Below are positions 10,785 to 19,938 of a DNA stretch of 64,000 bases, piece by piece (within the stretch, counting starts at the first letter, position 1; every line of letters begins with the position of its first letter). Made by a program: the position numbers and the translations under genes. A model generated the notes under the pieces. The model searched no databases. It was not told where the DNA came from and worked only from the letters and a program-made list of their open reading frames with translations. Source of the stretch: Escherichia coli (GTDB lineage: Bacteria > Pseudomonadota > Gammaproteobacteria > Enterobacterales > Enterobacteriaceae); the NCBI RefSeq assembly GCF_044647545.1, contig NZ_CP172818.1; one strand, given 5' to 3'.

Positions 10785-11278
10785 TAAGCCCCCACGTAAT
10801 TCCCTGACAGATACCACTCATCACCCGATACAGCGCGCTTGCTGCTTTTCCGTAAACACTGCTCACGACGCGCCAGAAAATTGTTTCGTTCTGGCTGGGA
10901 GTGGCTTTCACGGAATGCCGCCATCCACACCGTTGCAGCACGACGGTATAAGCCCCTGGACTCCAGTTCTTCCGCCTGGCGGGTCAGGCACAAAATCACC
11001 CGGGGATCGTTAGTGCCGACATAGAAATTGCGCACAGGTCTGGTTTCACGAACTGGTTGTGGTTCCGGCTCCTGCGCTCTCTCAGTCAGGCGTGGGAAAT
11101 GTCTGCGTGTATCTCCTTCACAACGGTGAGCCACACGCCCACTCTGACGTAACTTGCTTGCTGACTGCAGAACGCGCTGCCGTGAGTAACCTGCAAAAGC
11201 ATCCGCAATGTCTCCGGAAGTACACCCCGGATGGGCTTCAATGAATTTCTGAACGTCATTTAACAGACTCATGATCAC
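10784..11278 (-). CDS. yfdN: Prophage PerC-family protein (putative transcriptional activator homolog)
   Basis: 164 aa ORF; C-terminal AEELESRGLYRRAATVW matches the PerC/Pch signature; ATGA overlap with upstream yfdO. Confidence 0.7.
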   Translation of the reverse strand: MIMSLLNDVQKFIEAHPGCTSGDIADAFAGYSRQRVLQSASKLRQSGRVAHRCEGDTRRHFPRLTERAQEPEPQPVRETRPVRNFYVGTNDPRVILCLTRQAEELESRGLYRRAATVWMAAFRESHSQPERNNFLARREQCLRKSSKRAVSGDEWYLSGNYVGA

Positions 11279-11643
11279 CCCCTGAATCCTGCCGGGATCT
11301 GGCTGTAGTCCACGTTGTCGTAACTGGATTTGAAGTACGGGTCTTCGCGTTTTTCGGTGTACGTGCTTACGGACGGCGATAAGCGCAGGGAAAGCTCATC
11401 CCATTTTTCCCGCAGCTTCGACGGGCTGAGCACGTTACGGCACCAGAACGGATCGCGGCTGACGCGGCTGTACATCTCGCAGATTTGTTTGTGAGTACGA
11501 CCATCCTGCACACACATCAGGCGAATTTCGTTTGCCCAGGCTGTCCAGTTCGGTTCTTTGGGACGAACCACCTCGCCGTCACATTCGGCGGCTTGCTCGT
11601 ACAGGGCGATGATTTTTTTCCAGAGCCACTGTGCGCAGGTCAA
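11275..11643 (-). CDS. yfdO: Defective phage replication protein O-like fragment (C-terminal domain only)
   Basis: Conserved-looking C-terminal ~145 aa of the 292 aa ORF; no ATG before it, putative TTG start gives about 122 aa; the N-terminal part of the long ORF is antisense to yfdP and looks non-coding. Confidence 0.5.
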   Translation of the reverse strand: MTCAQWLWKKIIALYEQAAECDGEVVRPKEPNWTAWANEIRLMCVQDGRTHKQICEMYSRVSRDPFWCRNVLSPSKLREKWDELSLRLSPSVSTYTEKREDPYFKSSYDNVDYSQIPAGFRG

Positions 11644-11964
11644 ATCATCCTGCGTTCCCCACTGGCGCTTTTTAGGGCTGAATACAACCGCATCAGGATG
11701 GCGAGTTAAAAACTCCTGTTCAGCCGTTTGCGTGTCCGGTTGCGAAGCGTCCGGACGAGAAGAGGTTTTATTCTCTGCGCTTTTGATTTTACGACGTCCG
11801 GACTTCACGGTAAACCCGTTGTTTCCCCCACAATGACCTGACGGGCAGATTTGATGCGCAGATTTTGACGGGTCTGAGTGTGACGGTTGAGAAAAGGAGG
11901 CTGCCGGGAGCTTCCAACGTTTTGCGGAGAAACATCGGCCTGCAATATGATGAGGAGCAGCAAA

Positions 11965-12327
11965 ATGGCTAGCGAACGCAGTACTGATGTGCAGGCATTT
12001 ATTGGGGAGCTGGACGGCGGCGTATTTGAAACCAAAATCGGCGCAGTTCTCAGTGAAGTCGCTTCCGGTGTGATGAACACGAAAACCAAAGGTAAGGTCT
12101 CGCTCAACCTGGAAATCGAACCATTTGATGAGAACCGTGTGAAAATCAAACACAAACTCTCATATGTTCGCCCGACTAACCGCGGGAAAATTTCCGAAGA
12201 AGACACCACCGAAACGCCGATGTATGTCAATCGCGGTGGTCGCCTGACTATTCTGCAGGAAGACCAGGGACAATTACTGACTCTTGCCGGTGAACCTGAC
12301 GGAAAACTCCGCGCAGCAGGTCGTTAA
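11965..12327 (+). CDS. yfdP: Prophage protein YfdP (unknown function)
   Basis: ORF 11887-12327; start chosen at ATG 11965 preceded by GAGGAG, giving the 120 aa form. Confidence 0.65.
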   Translation: MASERSTDVQAFIGELDGGVFETKIGAVLSEVASGVMNTKTKGKVSLNLEIEPFDENRVKIKHKLSYVRPTNRGKISEEDTTETPMYVNRGGRLTILQEDQGQLLTLAGEPDGKLRAAGR

Positions 12328-12392
12328 TATCGCTTTTAATAAACTGATTATTTATCTCATCACTGAATATCTTTATATAGTGAGGACTTATT

Positions 12393-13217
12393 ATGTCTCA
12401 GAACTTAGACGCAACCGCAATTAATCAAATCCATGCCCTTATTTCTGCTCAGGGTGTTAATGAAATTATCAATAATATTGGTGCCGATGCTGTGGCATTG
12501 CCTGAGAATTTCCGCATTCATGATCTGGAAAAATTTAATTTAAATCGCTTCCGTTTCCGTGGTGCACTTTCCACTGCCAGCATCGATGACTTTACCCGTT
12601 ATTCTAAAGATCTTGCAGATGAAGGCACCCGCTGCTTTATCGATGCCGATAATATGCGAGCAGTCAGTGTGCTTAACCTGGGTACTATTGATGAACCAGG
12701 TCACGCAGATAACACCGCCACTCTCAAACTGAAAAAGACAGCACCGTTCTCTGCTCTGTTGTCTGTTAATGGCGAGCGTAACTCCCAGAAGTCACTGGCA
12801 GAATGGATTGAAGACTGGGCCGACTACCTTGTGGGCTTTGATGCTAATGGTGACGCCATTCAGGCAACCAAAGCGGCTGCGGCGATCCGTAAAATCACAA
12901 TTGAAGCGAACCAGACCGCTGATTTTGAAGACAATGACTTCAGCGGCAAACGCTCCCTGATGGAGTCTGTCGAAGCGAAGACCAAAGACATTATGCCAGT
13001 GGCATTTGAATTTAAATGCGTTCCGTTTGAAGGTCTGAAAGAACGTCCGTTTAAATTACGCCTCAGCATTATCACTGGCGATCGTCCTGTACTGGTTCTG
13101 CGCATTATTCAGCTGGAGGCGGTGCAGGAAGAAATGGCTAACGAATTTCGTGATCTGCTTGTTGAGAAATTCAAGGACAGCAAAGTAGAAACCTTTATTG
13201 GTACTTTCACCGCCTGA
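12393..13217 (+). CDS. yfdQ: Prophage protein YfdQ (DUF2303 family, unknown function)
   Basis: 274 aa ORF with good RBS context; same strand as yfdP/yfdR. Confidence 0.7.
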   Translation: MSQNLDATAINQIHALISAQGVNEIINNIGADAVALPENFRIHDLEKFNLNRFRFRGALSTASIDDFTRYSKDLADEGTRCFIDADNMRAVSVLNLGTIDEPGHADNTATLKLKKTAPFSALLSVNGERNSQKSLAEWIEDWADYLVGFDANGDAIQATKAAAAIRKITIEANQTADFEDNDFSGKRSLMESVEAKTKDIMPVAFEFKCVPFEGLKERPFKLRLSIITGDRPVLVLRIIQLEAVQEEMANEFRDLLVEKFKDSKVETFIGTFTA

Positions 13218-13344
13218 TTTCATTACTGCAAATGCCCCTGCGGGGGCATTTATGGAAACGTAATTTACTCAATAATCGCCGGATGGTGAGGGATTCTTTT
13301 TACCAGAATTCAGCGCGGTGCAGCGCATATACGTGGAGAACAAA

Positions 13345-13881
13345 ATGTCATTTATCAAAACTTTTTCTGGGAAGCATTTTTATTATGACAGGATAAATAA
13401 AGACGACATCGATATTAACGATATCGCGGTTTCCCTTTCAAATATCTGTCGCTTTGCCGGTCATCTTTCGCACTTCTACAGCGTCGCCCAACATGCGGTT
13501 CTTTGCAGCCAGTTGGTGCCGCAGGAATTTGCTTTTGAAGCGTTAATGCATGATGCAACAGAAGCGTATTGCCAGGACATTCCCGCACCACTGAAACGCC
13601 TTCTTCCTGACTATAAACAAATGGAAGAAAAAATAGACGCCGTAATCCGTGAGAAATACGGGTTACCCCCAGTTATGAGTACGCCCGTGAAATATGCCGA
13701 TCTCATCATGCTGGCAACCGAACGCCGCGATCTCGGGCTTGATGATGGCTCTTTCTGGCCTGTACTGGAAGGTATCCCGGCAACAGAGATGTTCAACGTG
13801 ATTCCACTGGCTCCAGGCCATGCCTACGGGATGTTTATGGAACGCTTTAACGAATTATCGGAGTTACGAAAATGCGCATGA
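13345..13881 (+). CDS. yfdR: HD-domain phosphohydrolase (5'-deoxynucleotidase-like) YfdR
   Basis: ORF 13318-13881; HD motif region (H..HD...E) around SVAQHAVL / LMHDATEAY; start chosen at MSFIKTF (178 aa). Confidence 0.75.
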   Translation: MSFIKTFSGKHFYYDRINKDDIDINDIAVSLSNICRFAGHLSHFYSVAQHAVLCSQLVPQEFAFEALMHDATEAYCQDIPAPLKRLLPDYKQMEEKIDAVIREKYGLPPVMSTPVKYADLIMLATERRDLGLDDGSFWPVLEGIPATEMFNVIPLAPGHAYGMFMERFNELSELRKCA

Positions 13882-14234
13882 ATGTTTTCGAAATGGAAGG
13901 ATTTCTTCGCGGGAAATGTGTACCGCGAGATCTGAAAGTGAATGAAACGGATGCTGAATACCTGGTGCGTAAATTTGATGCGCTTGAAGCTAAATGTGCA
14001 GCACTGGAAAACAAAGTAATACCAGTGTCAGCTGAACTGCCGCCAGCGAATGAAAGTGTTCTGTTATTTGATGCTAATGGAGAAGGCTGGCTGATTGGCT
14101 GGCGTTCTCTCTGGTATACATGGGGGCAAAAAGAAACCGGAGAATGGCAGTGGACATTTCAGGTCGGGGACCTTGAAAACGTCAACATCACTCACTGGGC
14201 AGTAATGCCAAAAGCACCGGAGGCTGGAGCATAA
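13872..14234 (+). CDS. yfdS: Prophage protein YfdS (unknown function)
   Basis: 120 aa ORF overlapping the yfdR stop (translational coupling). Confidence 0.7.
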   Translation: MRMNVFEMEGFLRGKCVPRDLKVNETDAEYLVRKFDALEAKCAALENKVIPVSAELPPANESVLLFDANGEGWLIGWRSLWYTWGQKETGEWQWTFQVGDLENVNITHWAVMPKAPEAGA

Positions 14235-14389
14235 TGACCACTTTACCGATAAAGAACTGATTAAAGAAATCAAAGAGCGAATCAGCAGCATGGACGTGCG
14301 AGACAATGTTGAGCGCCGTGCTTATGAAATTGCTCGCACCGCTGCAGGGGACACCATCCTTGTGTTTATCCCTAAAACCACATAAAAAC
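14234..14389 (+). pseudogene. yfdT-like small phage ORF with lost start (1-nt frame change after the ATG); spans the attR core
   Basis: ATG at 14234 overlaps yfdS stop (TAATG) but reads only MTTLPIKN*; the adjacent frame encodes a start-less 48-codon ORF (HFTDKELIKEIKERISS...IPKTT*). Confidence 0.4.
14342..14356 (+). repeat. 15-nt copy of the argW 3' end (CTGCAGGGGACACCA): prophage attR core
   Basis: Exact match to the last 15 nt of tRNA-Arg(CCU), including CCA, about 3.9 kb from the truncated argW. Confidence 0.6.
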
Positions 14390-14455
14390 CGTAAATTATT
14401 AAATTCGCACTAGCAGTGCCGAATAAGGCACACCAGGAACTCGTGGTCTTATTCA

Positions 14456-15391
14456 TTATGAAGTGGTTTTTACCTGTTCTCTTAACCAAGTAATAAATGC
14501 CTCAATTTTTGGCCACTGCCTGCCCGGTAATGTGGTGATGTAATAATGCTGATGGCATTTCACCGTCATATCGCCAAACGGCGCGACGAGCTCACCACTG
14601 GCAAGCCTTTTTTGTACCAGGCGTTTTCTTCCCATCGCTACCCCAATATGATTCATCGCAGCGATAACAGCTAAATCAGAACGATCAAAGCCAATCCCAG
14701 AAGATGTCGGCAAATTAACCGCATAATGTTGCGCCCAACTATGCCATTCATCCGTACCGGAGTCGTTGCTCCATGCCTGTCTGTCATGGAGCAACGAACA
14801 GTGGCGCAGGTTAATTACCTGGTTGGTTAAAGCATGTCTTTGAGCGTATTCCGGGCTACATACAGGCAAGATTTCTTCATCCATCAGAAAGTGATGAGCC
14901 AATTGCGCTGACGGCGCATCATCAAAGTAGATCGCCAAATCGATTCCGGCACGTTGCAAATTGACATTGTCATTACCAGTGAGCACGGTGAGCGAAATAG
15001 ACGGATATCGGCGTGTAAAGTCACCTAATGCGGGCACCAACCAGCATTGGGCGATAGAGGGCCGGGAATACAGCGTTAACGTTCCCGATAATTCCTGATT
15101 TTTGATATCAAGAATTTCCTGGTTCAGGGTATCCAGCGACGATTTTAGCGCCCAATAAACGCGTTTCCCCTCGTGCGTTAATTCCACTTTGCGATGGGAA
15201 CGAACAAACAACTGAATACCTAATTCTTCTTCCAGATGATTGATACGGTGACTTACCGCACTGGGGCTCAGCGACAATTCCTCTGCCGCAAGGGCGAAGG
15301 ACTGATGCCTGGCAGCCACTTCAAAAGTATGCAGTTTTGATAGTTGCCAGCCGTTAAGCAGTCGATTTCTTATTTCACGAAGGGGTTCCAT
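14456..15391 (-). CDS. dsdC: LysR-family activator of D-serine detoxification DsdC
   Basis: ORF 14456-15397; N-terminal HTH (LSKLHTFEVAARHQSFALAAEELSLSPSAVSHRI); divergent from dsdXA; start chosen at MEPLREI. Confidence 0.85.
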   Translation of the reverse strand: MEPLREIRNRLLNGWQLSKLHTFEVAARHQSFALAAEELSLSPSAVSHRINHLEEELGIQLFVRSHRKVELTHEGKRVYWALKSSLDTLNQEILDIKNQELSGTLTLYSRPSIAQCWLVPALGDFTRRYPSISLTVLTGNDNVNLQRAGIDLAIYFDDAPSAQLAHHFLMDEEILPVCSPEYAQRHALTNQVINLRHCSLLHDRQAWSNDSGTDEWHSWAQHYAVNLPTSSGIGFDRSDLAVIAAMNHIGVAMGRKRLVQKRLASGELVAPFGDMTVKCHQHYYITTLPGRQWPKIEAFITWLREQVKTTS

Positions 15392-15608
15392 AATCACCTC
15401 ATTTTTCTCTTAAGTGTAAAAAAATAGCGGCAAAATTTCAGCTGCAAGGTGAACTAAAGTGAACCATATCTCAATTCACCTTCATTTTTAGATGTAAATC
15501 ACTCCCTTGATGCAATTTAGCTCACGTGAAAGGCAAATTTTATCGTTTGTCAGCCTGCGTTGTTTTTTTGTCCAATATCATCAGGTTAATCACAGGGGAA
15601 GGTGAGAT

Positions 15609-16946
15609 ATGCACTCTCAAATCTGGGTTGTGAGCACGCTGCTTATCAGCATCGTGTTAATTGTACTGACCATCGTGAAGTTCAAATTCCACCCGTTTCT
15701 GGCGCTGTTGCTGGCCAGCTTCTTCGTGGGAACGATGATGGGTATGGGACCACTGGATATGGTAAATGCTATTGAAAGTGGAATTGGCGGAACGCTGGGG
15801 TTCCTTGCTGCGGTTATCGGCCTGGGCACGATACTGGGAAAAATGATGGAAGTATCCGGGGCCGCAGAAAGAATTGGTCTGACACTTCAACGCTGTCGCT
15901 GGCTTTCAGCTGATGTCATTATGGTGCTGGTTGGCCTGATTTGCGGCATCACGCTGTTTGTTGAAGTGGGCGTCGTGCTATTGATTCCTCTGGCTTTTTC
16001 AATTGCAAAAAAAACCAATACCTCATTGTTAAAGCTGGCCATTCCGCTGTGTACCGCATTGATGGCAGTGCACTGCGTGGTTCCCCCACATCCGGCTGCT
16101 TTATATGTTGCCAATAAGCTTGGCGCAGATATCGGTTCGGTGATCGTCTACGGTTTGCTGGTTGGGCTGATGGCATCACTGATCGGTGGCCCACTTTTCC
16201 TTAAATTTCTGGGTCAACGACTGCCCTTTAAACCTGTACCCACAGAGTTTGCCGATCTCAAAGTTCGCGATGAAAAAACACTACCGTCATTAGGCGCAAC
16301 GTTATTCACCATACTGCTACCCATTGCGCTGATGTTGGTTAAAACGATTGCCGAATTGAATATGGCGCGTGAGAGTGGTTTGTATACCTTGCTTGAGTTT
16401 ATTGGCAACCCTATTACTGCCATGTTTATCGCCGTGTTTGTCGCCTATTATGTGTTGGGTATACGCCAGCATATGAGCATGGGGACGATGCTCACACATA
16501 CGGAAAATGGCTTCGGTTCTATTGCTAATATTTTGCTGATTATCGGGGCCGGAGGCGCATTCAACGCCATTTTAAAAAGCAGCAGTCTCGCTGATACGCT
16601 GGCAGTTATTCTCTCCAATATGCATATGCACCCGATTCTTCTGGCCTGGTTGGTGGCACTTATTCTGCATGCTGCAGTGGGCTCCGCTACGGTGGCAATG
16701 ATGGGGGCAACGGCAATTGTTGCACCCATGCTGCCGCTGTATCCCGACATCAGCCCGGAAATTATTGCGATTGCTATCGGTTCAGGTGCGATTGGCTGCA
16801 CGATCGTTACGGACTCGCTTTTCTGGCTGGTGAAGCAATATTGCGGCGCTACGCTCAATGAAACATTTAAATACTATACGACAGCGACATTTATCGCTTC
16901 AGTCATCGCTCTGGCGGGCACATTCCTGCTGTCATTTATCATCTAA
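15609..16946 (+). CDS. dsdX: D-serine transporter DsdX (GntP family)
   Basis: 445 aa polytopic membrane protein, GntP-like; immediately upstream of dsdA. Confidence 0.9.
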   Translation: MHSQIWVVSTLLISIVLIVLTIVKFKFHPFLALLLASFFVGTMMGMGPLDMVNAIESGIGGTLGFLAAVIGLGTILGKMMEVSGAAERIGLTLQRCRWLSADVIMVLVGLICGITLFVEVGVVLLIPLAFSIAKKTNTSLLKLAIPLCTALMAVHCVVPPHPAALYVANKLGADIGSVIVYGLLVGLMASLIGGPLFLKFLGQRLPFKPVPTEFADLKVRDEKTLPSLGATLFTILLPIALMLVKTIAELNMARESGLYTLLEFIGNPITAMFIAVFVAYYVLGIRQHMSMGTMLTHTENGFGSIANILLIIGAGGAFNAILKSSSLADTLAVILSNMHMHPILLAWLVALILHAAVGSATVAMMGATAIVAPMLPLYPDISPEIIAIAIGSGAIGCTIVTDSLFWLVKQYCGATLNETFKYYTTATFIASVIALAGTFLLSFII

Positions 16947-16963
16947 GCGCAAAGAGACGTACT

Positions 16964-18295
16964 ATGGAAAACGCTAAAATGAACTCGCTCATCGCCCAGT
17001 ATCCGTTGGTCAAGGATCTGGTTGCTCTTAAAGAAACCACCTGGTTTAATCCTGGCACGACCTCATTGGCTGAAGGTTTACCTTATGTTGGCCTGACCGA
17101 ACAGGATGTTCAGGACGCCCATGCGCGCCTGTCTCGTTTTGCACCCTATCTGGCAAAAGCATTTCCTGAAACTGCTGCTACTGGGGGGATTATTGAATCA
17201 GAACTGGTTGCCATTCCGGCTATGCAAAAACGGCTGGAAAAGGAATATCAACAACCGATCAGCGGGCAACTGCTACTGAAAAAAGATAGCCATTTGCCCA
17301 TTTCCGGCTCCATAAAAGCACGCGGCGGGATTTATGAAGTCCTGGCACATGCAGAAAAACTGGCTCTGGAAGCGGGGTTGCTGACGCTTGAAGATGACTA
17401 CAGCAAACTGCTTTCCCCGGAGTTTAAACAGTTCTTTAGTCAATACAGCATTGCTGTGGGCTCAACCGGAAATCTGGGGTTATCAATCGGCATTATGAGC
17501 GCCCGCATTGGCTTTAAGGTGACAGTGCATATGTCTGCTGATGCCCGGGCGTGGAAAAAAGCGAAACTGCGCAGCCATGGCGTTACGGTCGTGGAATATG
17601 AGCAAGATTATGGTGTTGCCGTCGAGGAAGGACGTAAAGCAGCGCAGTCTGACCCGAACTGTTTCTTTATTGATGACGAGAATTCCCGCACGTTGTTCCT
17701 TGGGTATTCCGTCGCTGGCCAGCGTCTTAAAGCGCAATTTGCCCAGCAAGGTCGTATCGTCGATGCTGATAACCCTCTGTTTGTCTATCTGCCGTGTGGT
17801 GTTGGTGGTGGTCCTGGTGGCGTCGCATTCGGACTTAAACTGGCGTTTGGCGATCATGTTCACTGCTTTTTTGCCGAACCAACGCACTCCCCTTGTATGT
17901 TGTTAGGCGTCCATACAGGATTACACGATCAGATTTCTGTTCAGGATATTGGTATCGACAACCTTACCGCAGCGGATGGCCTTGCAGTTGGTCGCGCATC
18001 AGGCTTTGTCGGGCGGGCGATGGAGCGTCTGCTGGATGGCTTTTATACCCTTAGCGATCAAACCATGTATGACATGCTTGGCTGGCTGGCGCAGGAAGAA
18101 GGTATTCGTCTTGAACCATCGGCACTGGCGGGTATGGCCGGGCCTCAGCGCGTGTGCGCATCAGTAAGTTACCAACAGATGCACGGTTTCAGCGCAGAAC
18201 AACTGCGTAATGCCACTCATCTGGTGTGGGCGACGGGAGGTGGAATGGTGCCGGAAGAAGAGATGGAGCAATATCTGGCAAAAGGCCGTTCATAA
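16964..18295 (+). CDS. dsdA: D-serine dehydratase (D-serine ammonia-lyase) DsdA
   Basis: ORF with PLP-lysine region (SGSIKARGG) typical of D-serine dehydratase. Confidence 0.9.
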   Translation: MENAKMNSLIAQYPLVKDLVALKETTWFNPGTTSLAEGLPYVGLTEQDVQDAHARLSRFAPYLAKAFPETAATGGIIESELVAIPAMQKRLEKEYQQPISGQLLLKKDSHLPISGSIKARGGIYEVLAHAEKLALEAGLLTLEDDYSKLLSPEFKQFFSQYSIAVGSTGNLGLSIGIMSARIGFKVTVHMSADARAWKKAKLRSHGVTVVEYEQDYGVAVEEGRKAAQSDPNCFFIDDENSRTLFLGYSVAGQRLKAQFAQQGRIVDADNPLFVYLPCGVGGGPGGVAFGLKLAFGDHVHCFFAEPTHSPCMLLGVHTGLHDQISVQDIGIDNLTAADGLAVGRASGFVGRAMERLLDGFYTLSDQTMYDMLGWLAQEEGIRLEPSALAGMAGPQRVCASVSYQQMHGFSAEQLRNATHLVWATGGGMVPEEEMEQYLAKGRS

Positions 18296-18399
18296 CGTTT
18301 CAACGCAGCATCGCCATCCTTTCCCTGGGTGAGCGATGCTGCCGATGGCGCAGACTTAAGATCCCCGGTCTTACCCGCTATAACCCCTTGCTTTTACCA

Positions 18400-19938
18400 T
18401 CACCCAACGCCTTTCGCTGTAAACGGCGGTTTCGCAAACCAAACCAAAACCGTAAGTAAGATAAAAGCAATAGCCGCCATACGGAAAATCTCATTTGCAG
18501 AAATAGAAAGTGACTGCTGGGTTATTTCATTATTAATTTCATTAAGAACTCCTGAAAGCGAACCATAGTATTTATCCATAATTTGTGACGATGAATTAAA
18601 CACGGGGTTAAATTGATCGATGGTTGCTGTCAACTGACTATGGTGTAACGATTCGCGGCGTCCCCACAGTGTCATTGTCAACGACGTACCAACTGATCCT
18701 GACAAGGTGCGAAAAAAATTACTCATACTCGAGGCATTGGCAAATTTATTATCTGGCAAGCCTGAAAACGAAATCGTTGTTAAGGGTAAAAAGAAACAGG
18801 CAACGGCGAATCCCTGGAAAAACTGTGGCAAAATGATGCCTGTAAAATCAATCGTTGGCATAAATGTCACAGAACGCCAGTAATAGCAAACCGCATACAT
18901 CAAAAAACTAAATGTCACCAACAACCGCATATCTATTTTGTTGCCATAACGCCCTATCAAAGGTGATATTAATAGCGGCATGATACCGATGGGCGCATAG
19001 GCAAGTCCGGCCCATATCGCATTATACCCCATCGTTTCCTGGAGTAACTGCGGCATAAGGACGATCGCTCCAGAGTAAAATAAATACGCGCATGTGATAC
19101 TCACAATACCAATGGTGAAATTACGGGACTTAAACAAACTGAGATCAAGAATCGGGTTCTCTGAGGTCGACTCCCAAATGACTAAAGAGATCAGAGAAAT
19201 AACTGATACTACTGTTAATATTATTATTGTACTCGAGTTGAACCAATCCAGATCGCGCCCTTTATCAAGCATAATTTGCAAGCCACCAACACCGAGCACT
19301 AACAGGGTCAGTCCTGGTAGATTCATTTTGACCGGTGAAGTCTCAGTTTCTCGTCCTTTAAGTAAGGTTAAGCATAATGTCAGGACGATAATCCCCATAG
19401 GGACATTGATTAAAAATATCCAACCCCAGCTAAAGTTATCACAAATATAACCGCCCAATATCGGCCCACATATCGGCGCGATAATCACGGTCATAGACCA
19501 TAATGCCAGAGCAAATGTTCTTTTTTCTGGTGGATAATTCCTTAATAATAAACTCTGTGACAGTGGAATTAACGGCCCCGCCATTAATCCCTGAACGACT
19601 CTAAAAAATATCAGCACATCAAGATTGGTCGATAAACTACACATTAAGGAAGACAGCGAAAAAAAAGTGACTGAAAGTAAAAATAACCTTAATTCGCCTA
19701 TTCTTTGTGCCAGCCTGCCGGTAACAGGGATCGCAATGGCATTTGCTACGCCAAACGAAGTGATAACCCAGGTGCCTTCGTCTGTTGATGCTCCCAGAAA
19801 GCCAGATATTGTCGGTATTGCGACGTTAGAAATAGTGGAATCCAACATTTGCATAAACGTCGCTAATGACAATGCAATAGTAACGCACCATAACGTCCCA
19901 CCGGTTAATGGTGCCGGAGTTGATTTAGTGATTGCCAT
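18400..19938 (-). CDS. emrY: MFS multidrug efflux transporter EmrY (EmrB paralog)
   Basis: 512 aa, 14-TMS MFS-type; start overlaps emrK stop. Confidence 0.9.
   Translation of the reverse strand: MAITKSTPAPLTGGTLWCVTIALSLATFMQMLDSTISNVAIPTISGFLGASTDEGTWVITSFGVANAIAIPVTGRLAQRIGELRLFLLSVTFFSLSSLMCSLSTNLDVLIFFRVVQGLMAGPLIPLSQSLLLRNYPPEKRTFALALWSMTVIIAPICGPILGGYICDNFSWGWIFLINVPMGIIVLTLCLTLLKGRETETSPVKMNLPGLTLLVLGVGGLQIMLDKGRDLDWFNSSTIIILTVVSVISLISLVIWESTSENPILDLSLFKSRNFTIGIVSITCAYLFYSGAIVLMPQLLQETMGYNAIWAGLAYAPIGIMPLLISPLIGRYGNKIDMRLLVTFSFLMYAVCYYWRSVTFMPTIDFTGIILPQFFQGFAVACFFLPLTTISFSGLPDNKFANASSMSNFFRTLSGSVGTSLTMTLWGRRESLHHSQLTATIDQFNPVFNSSSQIMDKYYGSLSGVLNEINNEITQQSLSISANEIFRMAAIAFILLTVLVWFAKPPFTAKGVG

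Larger units (their letters stand above)
10459..14356. mobile_element. Degraded lambdoid prophage remnant (CPS-53/KpLE1-like) at the argW locus, lacking integrase, excisionase and structural genes
   Basis: Left junction inside argW; truncated phage MTase; PerC-like and O-like genes on the minus strand; divergent yfdP-Q-R-S module; right end has a 15-nt identity to the argW 3' end (14342-14356). Confidence 0.75.

Noticed and set aside
11644-12153. N-terminal extension of the 292-aa minus-strand ORF (11275-12153) upstream of the O-like fragment
   Set aside because: The extension is antisense to yfdP, has a low-complexity H/C/S-rich translation with no start-codon context, and the conserved-looking part begins only near 11643; treated as a spurious read-through, not a longer protein.
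10459-14456. Possibility that the prophage remnant hides an intact integrase, transposase or complete defence operon
   Set aside because: All ORFs of 60 aa or more in the segment are accounted for (MTase fragment, PerC-like, O-like, YfdP/Q/R/S); none has integrase or transposase motifs, and there are no terminal inverted repeats.
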